From the IMG/VR virus record IMGVR_UViG_3300033076_001343, positions 8,271-72,270 of that record: DNA of 64,000 nucleotides, one strand, 5' to 3'. The translations under genes and the position numbers were made by a program. The stretch is from a virus. Of this stretch, positions 1 to 7,897 are shown one piece after another (position 1 is the stretch's first letter; the number at the start of each line of letters is the position of its first letter). Below the pieces are notes generated by a model that did no database searches, had not been told where the DNA came from, and saw nothing but the letters and a program-made list of their open reading frames with translations.

Positions 1-116
1 CCTCAACCCAGTTAAACAAATACAGGTATTCCCCGTTCACATTCTTATAAAGTTTCTCTCTCGTTTTCATAGGTCAAAGATACAACAATTTTTTAAACTG
101 CCAAAATTTTTTTTGT

Positions 117-217
117 AGTCAGGACAGGATTTGAACCTGTACAGGGGGTCATTACTGAGGTCTAGAACATCCCCAAGGGCTGGTGTCCCTCGCGTTTACC
201 AATTCCGCCACCTGACT
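117..217 (-). tRNA. tRNA-like gene, atypical length (101 nt), isotype unresolved
   Basis: Minus strand: 7-bp acceptor AGTCAGG/CCTGACT, 3-bp D stem GCG..CGC with 11-nt loop, T arm ACAGG-TTCAAAT-CCTGT. The anticodon arm cannot be folded canonically and ~30 extra nt lie between the D and T arms. Confidence 0.4.
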
Positions 218-386
218 ATTTTTTACAGTAGGTAGTAAGGTACTAGTTAGTTAGACTTTCCCTTACCCCGTTATTAAACCTGCAATAACATTTTAGTTTT
301 GGACACTGCTGGTGGAAAGTTATCAAAACCACCTCACGCATAGTCTACTATCTAAGAACTACCAAAGAATCATAGCTAACTCTCGT

Positions 387-483
387 AGTCAGGACAGGAA
401 TCGAACCTGTTATCTCCCATTTGGATGCCTACTCCACACTCGGTGTCTCGGACTTGGTGCGTCTGCCAACACGCCACCTGACT
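387..483 (-). tRNA. tRNA-like gene, atypical length (97 nt), paralog of 117-217
   Basis: Same acceptor stem AGTCAGG/CCTGACT and T arm ACAGG-TTCGATT-CCTGT as 117-217; D arm GCG..CGC; central region divergent with no clean anticodon arm. Confidence 0.4.
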
Positions 484-603
484 AAATGTTTTTAGTTACT
501 TTATCAACACTTCTCCAAGAACCACCTCGGCCAGTTTATATCAATTTCACTTAGGTTACGTCATGATTCCGTTGGTTAGACCTCCTCAATCAAAACCTGT
601 TTG

Positions 604-712
604 TAGCCAAGGTCGGACTCGAACCGAATACCGTTCAAGACGGATTAGACAACCTTATAACTTCTCTCGTCCAAAGGGTTATGGACAGTAGTGTTTTTCG
701 GACTTGGGTACC
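604..712 (-). tRNA. tRNA-like element, 3' half convincing, 5' boundary uncertain
   Basis: T arm TCGG-TTCGAGT-CCGA followed by acceptor 3' strand CTTGGCT + A. Best 5' partner ACCCAAG at 703-709 has one mismatch, giving about 108 nt. Confidence 0.3.
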
Positions 713-813
713 ATCCCGCATTACGTCCACTTGACTATGTTCCTCGTCTTTCCGAGGTGTCAACCATCCATGTGCCATTCTGCTTACGCTTCTGTGGTTA
801 GGCAGGATTTTGT

Positions 814-903
814 AGTCAGGACAGGATTCGAACCTGTACTCCCCGTTACAGGGAGCGTGATACAGCCCCCGAAGCGGCTGTGACACCCAATTGCCACCTG
901 ACT
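814..903 (-). tRNA. tRNA-like, probably type II (long variable arm), 90 nt
   Basis: Same acceptor/T arm as 117-217 and 387-483. Variable-arm hairpin CTCCC-TGTAAC-GGGAG. Candidate anticodon stem CAGCC/GGCTG encloses an 8-nt loop GCTTCGGG, which is non-canonical. Confidence 0.45.
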
Positions 904-978
904 ATCTACCCCACTTCACCAGGTTAATGGACTGGCTGCCATATGGGAGTGGGGGTTTCCTGTTATTTCAGGACTCCG

Positions 979-1051
979 TGGTGAGAGCTGGAATCGAACC
1001 AGCGGCACGTGGATTTTCAGTCCACTGCTCTACCTACTGAGCTATCACACC
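979..1051 (-). tRNA. tRNA-Phe (GAA)
   Basis: Clean cloverleaf: GGTGTGA-TAGCTCAGTAGGTAGAGC-AGTGGA CTGAAAA TCCAC-GTGCC-GCTGG TTCGATT CCAGC-TCTCACC-A. CCA not encoded. Confidence 0.9.
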
Positions 1052-1546
1052 AAATGTGAGGTTGAGAACCTCTGTGTTGTTAGGTAAGACCCAATTAGTC
1101 ATCATTTCTGATGGGTTATCAATTATCCTACTTATGGTTAATTCCTTTCTCAAGGGAACAACACAATATTGTTGATAGTGTTGGAGTACCCATCTCGCTC
1201 CAATCTTAACTGCTTAATCGTAGTTTTACGAGGCCTCGGCAGAAACGGTGATGAATTCCGGTTCCACTCTGGATTGTCGACATCCGTTGAGCGGAGAAAA
1301 CCACTATCAATATCATTAAGTTACTCAACCCCTCACGTCCTTTCACTCTTGGGGTTAATGGTCTTGCGGACCACCATTACGGATTCATCTCTCACTAGGA
1401 AGACGCTCAGTTCATGAATCTTGCTCCTCTCTGAAGTAACTTTTTATTTATCTAATTTCAAAGAACTTTTTCTTTTTTGTTTTACAAAGATATGTAGGAT
1501 TTTTTAATCCGCCAAACACTTTGTAAAATATTTTTTATTTTTTTTG

Positions 1547-1668
1547 TAGTTAAGACAGGACTCGAACCTGTAACCAAGAGTCAAGCAGTTAGCCCTTTTC
1601 AGGGTTAGGGATTATGACCATTCCCACATTTAACACACCACTTCGTATACCACTTCCGACACTTAACT
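1547..1668 (-). tRNA. tRNA-like element, 122 nt span if the acceptor pairing is real; possibly interrupted or degenerate
   Basis: 3' end has T arm ACAGG-TTCGAGT-CCTGT + CTTAACT-A. A complementary AGTTAAG lies at 1662-1668. The interior contains a CTGAAAA (Phe-like) loop but no canonical fold. Confidence 0.3.
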
Positions 1669-1727
1669 TCCATTCTAATGAGAGCATCCCACCTCAAAGG
1701 CTGTTCATAAACTAGCTTAATTAGAGT

Positions 1728-1799
1728 AGTCCCTGTAGGATTCGAACCTACGACCACTTGCATGTAAGGCAAGAACTCTACCACTGAGTTAAGGGACTA
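1728..1799 (-). tRNA. tRNA-Val (TAC)
   Basis: AGTCCCT-TA-ACTC AGTGGTAG AGTT-CTTGC CTTACAT GCAAG-TGGTC-GTAGG TTCGAAT CCTAC-AGGGACT-A. Confidence 0.9.
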
Positions 1800-1883
1800 T
1801 TTTGGTTTCCAACATGTCAAAGAACTTTCTCTCTTGTTTGATGGTACAAAGATAAAAACTTTTTTCTAAACTTGCACCATCGG

Positions 1884-1925
1884 GTAAAAAAAAAACCCCA
1901 AACTTTTTTTGAAGTTCGGGGTTTA
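1884..1925 (-). terminator. intrinsic terminator (minus sense) ending one tRNA transcription unit
   Basis: ACCCCGAAC...GTTTGGGGT hairpin followed by a T9 run in minus sense. Confidence 0.55.
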
Positions 1926-2101
1926 ACCTTATTTGTTATTTCTAACTTGTTATTTTACCACATTTTCCGAACTACAATTTTCTACATAGCGATACCAGCT
2001 ACAAATCTCTTGTTGCTTAAACGACGATATATGGACCATTGTTGTTCTCATTGTTTTATAATTATACTCAATTATAGTAAAAGTTTATATTTTGTCAAAT
2101 T

Positions 2102-2392
2102 TTAATTAAAAAATTCTTCACCTTGTGGAAACCCACCAACGATTTTCCAAACTGCATTTGGGTTTTCTTCGTTGTAAGATACTTTATAATACCCATCCAC
2201 TACAGGTGTTGTTAAAGCAGCGTCAGAGAAAACTTGTTGAGATTCTTGTAGACACGCCCAACAACTTCCAACAATATCAACACATGGTTGACATAATCCT
2301 AAATCTTCAGCGTAAACTGTTGTTGATGGAGTTAATTCTAAAACACCCTCAAGTGTTGTTGAATATGCGGTTGTGAAACTAAGTGTTGCCAT
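2102..2392 (-). CDS. hypothetical protein embedded in the tRNA array
   Basis: 96-aa ORF on the tRNA strand. TATTTATAG motif directly upstream of the start (sense strand). The overlapping + ORF 2125-2376 is judged spurious. Confidence 0.45.
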   Translation of the reverse strand: MATLSFTTAYSTTLEGVLELTPSTTVYAEDLGLCQPCVDIVGSCWACLQESQQVFSDAALTTPVVDGYYKVSYNEENPNAVWKIVGGFPQGEEFFN

Positions 2393-2437
2393 AATTTTTC
2401 TTTTACTATAAATATATGGGAACCTTTAAATGTTTAG

Positions 2438-2518
2438 TACCTTAGGAGGGACTCGAACCCTCACGACTTATGTCACTAGTTCCTAAGACTAGCGTGTCTA
2501 CCATTCCACCACCAAGGC
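2438..2518 (-). tRNA. tRNA-Leu (TAG), type II
   Basis: Anticodon arm CTAGT-CTTAGGA-ACTAG; long variable arm TGACATAAGTCGT; T arm GAGGG-TTCGAGT-CCCTC; acceptor has G.U pairs. Confidence 0.8.
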
Positions 2519-2623
2519 ATATATATCACATCAGACGGGCATTCTACTTCCAGCACCGAGAAATCGTATCTAATTTAACCCTACTCACCGCTGTATGGGT
2601 ACCTGAAGATATGATATATTTTG

Positions 2624-2697
2624 TACCCCCGTCAGGATTCGAACCTGAGACCTACTGCTTAGAAGGCAGTTGCTCTATCCATCTGAGCTACGAAGGC
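2624..2697 (-). tRNA. tRNA-Arg (TCT)
   Basis: D arm TAGCTCAGATGGATAGAGC; anticodon arm ACTGC-CTTCTAA-GCAGT; T arm TCAGG-TTCGAAT-CCTGA; acceptor GCCTTCG/CGGGGGT has three wobble pairs. Confidence 0.75.
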
Positions 2698-2705
2698 AAA
2701 TTTAG

Positions 2706-2790
2706 TACTCGGAGCGGGAATCGAACCCGCACGGGCGTAAAGCCCACAAGATTTTAAGTCTGGCGTGTCTACCTATTCCACCACCCGAGC
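2706..2790 (-). tRNA. tRNA-Leu (TAA), type II
   Basis: D arm near-identical to Leu(TAG); anticodon loop CTTAAAA; variable-arm hairpin GGGC-TTTA-GCCC; T arm GCGGG-TTCGATT-CCCGC. Confidence 0.75.
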
Positions 2791-2848
2791 ATTTATTATT
2801 TCAAAGAACTATGGTACAAATATAATTGATTTTTTGGAAAGATACAAG

Positions 2849-3616
2849 TTACTCAGCAAAACTTTCTTCATAAATTGTATCGGTCTGATTTTCTTCAGTA
2901 TTGTAAGTGTGTTCTAAAGTCACTGTCGAATCGTTAAAGTTGAATGTAAAAACACCATCAGAACCTTCATTGATTTCCCACCCTCCAAAAGCATTTTCAA
3001 GCTCTCTGTAACACCAATTTTCTATTTCAGCGGGTACTGCATCGCCAGTTGGGTCGAATGAACTTTCAATATAACCTGAGTCACCTCCACCATTATATGG
3101 TAATGTTAATATACCATCATTTGGAATTTCAATTTCAGACATGTCATTTTCCATCCATCTATCAAATCTTTCTTTGTCTTCATCAGAATCAAATTCAACC
3201 AGATGACCATTGTCCCTACCATAATAATAAAGTTCATGTGTTACAGAAATTACTTTCTCTTCTGTGTCTATGCCAATTGATGCCCTTTGATTACTAATAT
3301 AATCAATGTCAATATCATTATTTAGATTGTCTAACGAATCGGCATATTCAAGAACTTTTTTTAAGATAGGCTTCAATCCTTCTGGTATGTCTGCAGTATA
3401 ACTGTTGTCAAATCTAGTTACGTGATTCCAATTAACGTCTTTTGAATTAATTTTATCGTCATCTTGTTCCATCTCAATGTCGACATATCCTCTTTTCAAA
3501 CCTAAAGAATTCAAATAGTTTGAGACTCTTCTTAGATATTTTTTTTCTTCTGGTGTTAATATTCCTTTCATATTATTAAATATCAGTCTTCTATGTTCAT
3601 TGTCCTCAACATCCAC
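2849..3616 (-). CDS. acidic hypothetical protein (in tRNA array)
   Basis: 255-aa ORF, D/E-rich; start may be the internal Met at about 3571 to avoid overlap with the upstream gene. Confidence 0.5.
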   Translation of the reverse strand: MDVEDNEHRRLIFNNMKGILTPEEKKYLRRVSNYLNSLGLKRGYVDIEMEQDDDKINSKDVNWNHVTRFDNSYTADIPEGLKPILKKVLEYADSLDNLNNDIDIDYISNQRASIGIDTEEKVISVTHELYYYGRDNGHLVEFDSDEDKERFDRWMENDMSEIEIPNDGILTLPYNGGGDSGYIESSFDPTGDAVPAEIENWCYRELENAFGGWEINEGSDGVFTFNFNDSTVTLEHTYNTEENQTDTIYEESFAE

Positions 3617-3930
3617 TGAGGTCGTTTATTTTCTGAAATATTTATAATCCATTCTTTTGCAGATGGAACATAGTTATTACAATCTTCTCTAACATGTTGT
3701 TCACCAACATAACGAGTGTAAACTATTTTTCCATCACTATTCAAGAATTCGGCACCAAATCTTTTTTCCATTTCAAAGATACCTTCACTGTGGTGTCGAA
3801 ACATTCTATGCAAAGAATCTCCCAACCAACCTTTGGTCTCATCCATCCATTCATGTAGATGAATATAATCTTCAGGTTTTCCACCGAACTTTTTTGCGGA
3901 ACTTTTTGCGTGTAAATTTGGATGTGCCAT
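3583..3930 (-). CDS. hypothetical His-rich protein (115 aa)
   Basis: The six-frame ORF 3583-4119 runs through the tRNA-like gene at 3946-4020; I truncated it to the Met at 3928-3930 (MAHPNLHAKSS...). Confidence 0.5.
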   Translation of the reverse strand: MAHPNLHAKSSAKKFGGKPEDYIHLHEWMDETKGWLGDSLHRMFRHHSEGIFEMEKRFGAEFLNSDGKIVYTRYVGEQHVREDCNNYVPSAKEWIINISENKRPQWMLRTMNIED

Positions 3931-3945
3931 AAGTTTATTTAATAG

Positions 3946-4020
3946 TGGAGCCAGTGGGAATCGAACCCACCTCAGAAACATTGCAAGTGTTTCTCGCCAA
4001 GCCTTGGTACATGTAACCCC
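3946..4020 (-). tRNA. tRNA-like, possible tRNA-Ala (TGC) with poorly formed D arm
   Basis: T arm GTGGG-TTCGATT-CCCAC; anticodon arm GAAACA-CTTGCAA-TGTTTC (anticodon TGC); acceptor GGGGTTA/TGGCTCC needs several G.U pairs; D arm non-canonical. Confidence 0.4.
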
Positions 4021-4247
4021 ATTAACTTGTCTTGTCTGTCTGTTCCATGTTTTGTTGACTGTAAGCATCACAATCAACTTTTTCAACTTTACATGAGAAC
4101 AAAGCAAACCCGAGAACAATCAAAATTATAACACCGAATGCGATACGAAATTTTGTTTCTAAATTTTTTTCATCTTGTTCCATAATCTTATTTTTATAGT
4201 ATAACGTATTAATTCGGTACTTTGGTTGTTCTTTGTTAAAAATTTTG

Positions 4248-4321
4248 AGCCTCCTGAGGGATTCGAACCCACGACCCGCTGATTACAAATCAGCTGCTCT
4301 GGCCAACTGAGCTAAGGAGGC
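4248..4321 (-). tRNA. tRNA-Thr (TGT)
   Basis: GCCTCCT-TAGCTCAGTTGGCCAGAGC-A-GCTGA TTTGTAA TCAGC; perfect acceptor pairing; one mismatch in the T stem. Confidence 0.85.
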
Positions 4322-4326
4322 GATTT

Positions 4327-4402
4327 TGGCGGTCCCAACGGGATTCGAACCCGTACCTCGCACCGTGACAGGGTGGAATTGTAACCATTCAACCATGAGA
4401 CC
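4327..4402 (-). tRNA. tRNA-Asp (GTC), CCA encoded
   Basis: Anticodon loop CTGTCAC on a 4-bp stem; T arm ACGGG-TTCGAAT-CCCGT; 3' end TGGGACC-G-CCA encoded. Confidence 0.7.
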
Positions 4403-4619
4403 AAGTTTCCCCACCTGAGATTACAGTAAGTAGATATTCATAGTTTTTCTATTCAAAACCCATAGCGTCTTACCGCTTAAAAGTCAACCATATACTCGGA
4501 GGTCAAGATGGTCTTCTTGCCTTTTTTCCGACGACCCCTTCTTCTAAAACCGTGAGAGGCGTTAGCTATACCATTTTTCAGTAACGGTACCAAAACTACT
4601 GAGTATCTCTTACTCATTG

Positions 4620-4692
4620 AGCGGGAGACGAGGTTCGAACTCGCGACTTATAGCTTGGAAGGCTATCGCTCTACCAACTGAGCTACTCCCGC
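4620..4692 (-). tRNA. tRNA-Gly (TCC)
   Basis: GCGGGAG-TAGCTCAGTTGGTAGAGC-G-ATAGC CTTCCAA GCTAT; acceptor perfectly paired. Confidence 0.85.
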
Positions 4693-4694
4693 AG

Positions 4695-4769
4695 TGGAGC
4701 GGGAAGGCGGAATCGAACCGCCGTATCCACCTTGGCAAGGTGGCGTAATAACCATTATACTACTCCCGC
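4695..4769 (-). tRNA. tRNA-Gly (GCC), CCA encoded
   Basis: Anticodon arm CCACC-TTGCCAA-GGTGG; T arm GGCGG-TTCGATT-CCGCC; 3' TTCCCGC-T-CCA. Separated from Gly(TCC) by 2 nt. Confidence 0.85.
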
Positions 4770-4912
4770 TTTTTTTATTTTCTCTTTCTAATCAGTTTCT
4801 TCAGTTTTCTTAACAAATTAATTTCTTTACCTGCAATTATAAATTCCTTTTTTCCTGATTCGAAAGTTCCTGATAAAACTTTTTTCATCATTCTTCTTTT
4901 TTATTGTTTATT

Positions 4913-4987
4913 TGGCGGTCTATGCGAGAATCGAACTCGCGGCACATCCGTGACAGGGATGTATGTTTGCCACTACACCAATAGACC
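4913..4987 (-). tRNA. tRNA-Asp (GTC), second copy, CCA encoded
   Basis: GGTCTAT-TG-GTGT AGTGGCAA ACAT-A-CATCC CTGTCAC GGATG-TGCC-GCGAG TTCGATT CTCGC-ATAGACC-G-CCA. Confidence 0.8.
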
Positions 4988-4993
4988 GTATTG

Positions 4994-5065
4994 CGTCCCC
5001 TCAAGGATTCGAACCTTGGACCTATTGGTTAACAGCCAATTGCTCTACCGCTGAGCTAAGAAGAC
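4994..5065 (-). tRNA. tRNA-Asn (GTT)
   Basis: Anticodon arm ATTGG-CTGTTAA-CCAAT; D arm TAGCTCAGCGGTAGAGC; T arm CAAGG-TTCGAAT-CCTTG. Confidence 0.85.
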
Positions 5066-5072
5066 GTAAATG

Positions 5073-5146
5073 TCGGGGTGGCAGGATTCGAACCTACGAC
5101 CTCTTGGTCCCAAACCAAGCGCGATACCTGGCTACGCTACACCCCG
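5073..5146 (-). tRNA. tRNA-Pro (TGG)
   Basis: Acceptor CGGGGTG/CACCCCG; anticodon arm CTTGG-TTTGGGA-CCAAG; T arm GTAGG-TTCGAAT-CCTGC. Confidence 0.85.
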
Positions 5147-5203
5147 ATTATATTTTTCCCATATGTCAAAGAACACTACAAAGATAATACAAAAATCCTA
5201 TAA

Positions 5204-5238
5204 AACAAAAAAACCCCGAACTTTTTGTGTTCAGGGTT
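5204..5238 (-). terminator. intrinsic terminator (minus sense), sequence-related to the one at 1884-1925
   Basis: AACCCTGAAC...GTTCGGGGT + T7 in minus sense; lies upstream (in transcription sense) of the tRNA array. Confidence 0.5.
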
Positions 5239-5421
5239 AATCATTTTTGGCTTCTTATTACCTTTGATTAAATCTGAACACGTGAGCATAAATCTCTCCC
5301 CCCGTCATTCGTCGGTGCTAAAGTCGCTCTAAGTGTGTTCAAATTTTTCATTGTTGTAATAATAGTATAAATAGTAACAAAAGTCAAAAAATCAATTGTA
5401 ATTCAATAAAAATTCGTATAT

Positions 5422-6003
5422 TTGTTTAAACGACATATCAATATGAAAAATCTATCATTAATTTTTACTTTATTCTTAATGACTAATTTACTTGGTCAAC
5501 ATAAAATCACATCTATTAGTGAATATAACGAATGGTCCACAAGAAAAAAAACTAACGACTTATTAAAAACAAATTTTGATGGTGGCACATACATTGATTC
5601 CGTTTTAATCTTATTAAACGAGTATCGTGTTGAGAATGGAGTTGAGCCTCTTATTTTAACCGACAACTTATGTAAAGTTGCCGAATTACAATCTCAATAT
5701 TGTGCAGACAATTTAATTCTAACTCACGACCAAGATGATGAATCTTTAAGTGACCCGTTTCTTCGTGGTTTAAAATTTAATGAAAGAGACGTAATGGGTG
5801 AAGTAGCCGCAGAATGTTCAATTGATATGTTATCAATTAAAAATAAAACTGTTTCATCATCACCAATTGAAAACTTAAAAACAAGTAGTGGTCATTCTCA
5901 AATCATGAGAGATGGAAAATATGTTAGTTGTGGTATTTCTTTAGTTCAATCAAAAAGAGACCTTAATCGTTACTATGTGGTAATTGTTTTTTCAACTAAT
6001 TAA
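5422..6003 (+). CDS. secreted CAP/SCP/PR-1-like domain protein
   Basis: N-terminal signal peptide (MKNLSLIFTLFLMTNLLG). CAP-like motifs: Y-R-x-x-N-G...PL (HNxxR region) and GHSQIMRDGKYVSCG (resembles GHYTQVVW...VGC). TATATTTG motif 5 nt upstream of the ATG. Confidence 0.5.
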   Translation: MFKRHINMKNLSLIFTLFLMTNLLGQHKITSISEYNEWSTRKKTNDLLKTNFDGGTYIDSVLILLNEYRVENGVEPLILTDNLCKVAELQSQYCADNLILTHDQDDESLSDPFLRGLKFNERDVMGEVAAECSIDMLSIKNKTVSSSPIENLKTSSGHSQIMRDGKYVSCGISLVQSKRDLNRYYVVIVFSTN

Positions 6004-7316
6004 CCATATGCAGCACATTGTACCAATTTACCCTTAACCTTTTTCACTTTTTCGGGACCGCCTCCGCCGCCTCCACCACCTTTTGGTTTATAGGTACCTT
6101 TTGCGGGTTTTAACTTACCATTAAACTCTTTTTGTTTATATAATGGATTTAATTCTAATGTATATCCTTGGGATTTTGTAACAATAGGTTTTACAGGTTC
6201 TACCCCTGTTTGACTTGCGGTTATCTTAATTTTTGCAACAACAAGACAGAATTTGTATTGGTCAGATTCAATTTGTGTGGATAATAATTGACCATAACCA
6301 AACACTTGTCTTTTACTATCGGGGCCAGATAATTTATCCGCACCATTTGATGAATAACTCATTCCGTTTGTGGTTCTCCCATCATAAAAAGTAAATCTGT
6401 TTGCTGGGTCGGGTCCACTAGAACCATCACCATTATATCCACCTCTTAAAACTTTTTGAAGACCTTGTCCTAACCCAACGCCGATTGATGATAACTTTTG
6501 AGTTATTAATTGGTAAACTTTTTCTCCCCTATCCATTGATAATTTGTTCCAAGTTTCTCCTTCGTAATCACCAGTGTTTCTTAATCTTGAACAACTTGAA
6601 GCAACTTCAATTGAAACTAGTTGAGCAATAGCGTTAGGATTGGTCGCCTTGATGTCATCAATTTGTCCCTTAGCGTCTGCAATCCAACTATCAATCGCTT
6701 GTATCAATGTCACGTCAGGTTCGTTTAAGTTGTCTTTATATACTGTTCTACCTGCAACCTCTAAAGGAATCTCAATTTCAACTGACGCTCCACCTGTTGC
6801 TGGTGATGCTGGTGTTGTAGTTTTAACAACATTACCCGCAACCAAGTCTGCTTCCCAATTATAAAGATTTTCTTCTCCTGTATAATTTTGATTTTTTGCA
6901 ATCTGTTTCTCTAATTGTCTTTTCTTAGTGAATGATTGTAAAAATTCTAAAGTTTGTTTTAAGAATTGTAGACGACTTGTTTGATTTAAGTTGAAATAAA
7001 AGATTGCCCTCTCATCATCATCTAACTTGTCCATTAGTGGTTTGTAAGCGGGGTCTTGCTTTAACTGATTAAGTTGATTATTAAAATTTGGATTTTTTGC
7101 GGTGATTTGTTTTTGCTTTGCGGGGGTAAGTCCTGCAGTACTATCTGCATACGTCTCATCAAATAAAACATCAGGATTTTCTTTACCAGTTCCCGATTGC
7201 GTAACTTGACCTGAACTACTCTTTGGGTCTTGCTCAGATATTAAAGGTTTAACTATTCCGTGTTCTGCAAGGAATAAATCCTTCATCCTTTTAATATGTT
7301 CATTTAAATCCATCAT
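6000..7316 (-). CDS. large hypothetical protein with Gly8/Lys-rich C-terminus
   Basis: 443-aa ORF. I set the start at MMDLNEH/MDLNEH, which is immediately preceded (sense) by GGTATTTATATTT. Confidence 0.55.
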   Translation of the reverse strand: MMDLNEHIKRMKDLFLAEHGIVKPLISEQDPKSSSGQVTQSGTGKENPDVLFDETYADSTAGLTPAKQKQITAKNPNFNNQLNQLKQDPAYKPLMDKLDDDERAIFYFNLNQTSRLQFLKQTLEFLQSFTKKRQLEKQIAKNQNYTGEENLYNWEADLVAGNVVKTTTPASPATGGASVEIEIPLEVAGRTVYKDNLNEPDVTLIQAIDSWIADAKGQIDDIKATNPNAIAQLVSIEVASSCSRLRNTGDYEGETWNKLSMDRGEKVYQLITQKLSSIGVGLGQGLQKVLRGGYNGDGSSGPDPANRFTFYDGRTTNGMSYSSNGADKLSGPDSKRQVFGYGQLLSTQIESDQYKFCLVVAKIKITASQTGVEPVKPIVTKSQGYTLELNPLYKQKEFNGKLKPAKGTYKPKGGGGGGGGPEKVKKVKGKLVQCAAYG

Positions 7317-7364
7317 AAATATAAATACCATTCACCATGGAAAAATATGACAATTTAATGTGTA

Positions 7365-7625
7365 TTAAACGTATTTTAAAAATATGTTTTTAAGTGCTTC
7401 CTCGTCTTCAGGTGATAAGTTGTAGTATTTCGACTTGAGTTTGTCAAGTTTTTCATGGAATTCCTGCTCCATTAAACTAATTTTCTCTTTGTCAACCAAA
7501 TCATCACTTTTTTTAATGTAACCGTGAAAAACCAATTCATCAATCAGTTCTTTGATTTCACTTTTTGAACACTCGTCAACATATTCTGACGGGTCGATGT
7601 CGATGTAAGTACTAAACTCTGGCAT
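7365..7625 (-). CDS. hypothetical protein
   Basis: 86-aa ORF in a co-directional tightly packed gene block. Confidence 0.45.
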   Translation of the reverse strand: MPEFSTYIDIDPSEYVDECSKSEIKELIDELVFHGYIKKSDDLVDKEKISLMEQEFHEKLDKLKSKYYNLSPEDEEALKNIFLKYV

Positions 7626-7626
7626 G

Positions 7627-7896
7627 TTATTTATTTTTTAATTGTTTGATAATTTCTTTGAATTTGAGCATGTAATCATAATTTTCATTTTCACCATGAA
7701 CATTGGACATTCTATCGTATATCCATTGTAGATGGTTAATATCCTTATCACTACACATTTGTTCTTTCTTCCATTCGGCACCAGCAATAAATGAACCATA
7801 GTTATCACCTGCGGTGTCATCATTGTTTGACCATTTGTGTGAGTTGGTTTCAAATACCCATTTATCTGCGGCGTCGTGCAATAGTTCTTGGTTCAT
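7627..7896 (-). CDS. hypothetical protein
   Basis: 89-aa ORF abutting its neighbours (1-nt spacing). Confidence 0.5.
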   Translation of the reverse strand: MNQELLHDAADKWVFETNSHKWSNNDDTAGDNYGSFIAGAEWKKEQMCSDKDINHLQWIYDRMSNVHGENENYDYMLKFKEIIKQLKNK

Positions 7897-7897
7897 G

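Noticed and set aside
1169-1417. Plus-strand ORFs inside the tRNA array (1169-1417, 1872-2105, 2125-2376, 2470-2757, 4963-5187, 635-886)
   Set aside because: They overlap tRNA genes or terminators, have poor composition and no start-region motifs. They are most likely chance ORFs in structured-RNA DNA.
3931-4119. N-terminal 63 codons of six-frame ORF 3583-4119
   Set aside because: This stretch reads straight through the tRNA-like gene at 3946-4020. A proper Met (MAHPNL...) lies at 3928-3930.
4403-4619. Additional tRNA in the 217-nt gap containing an ACTGAAAA loop
   Set aside because: No T arm or acceptor pairing could be found; treated as spacer or degenerate remnant.
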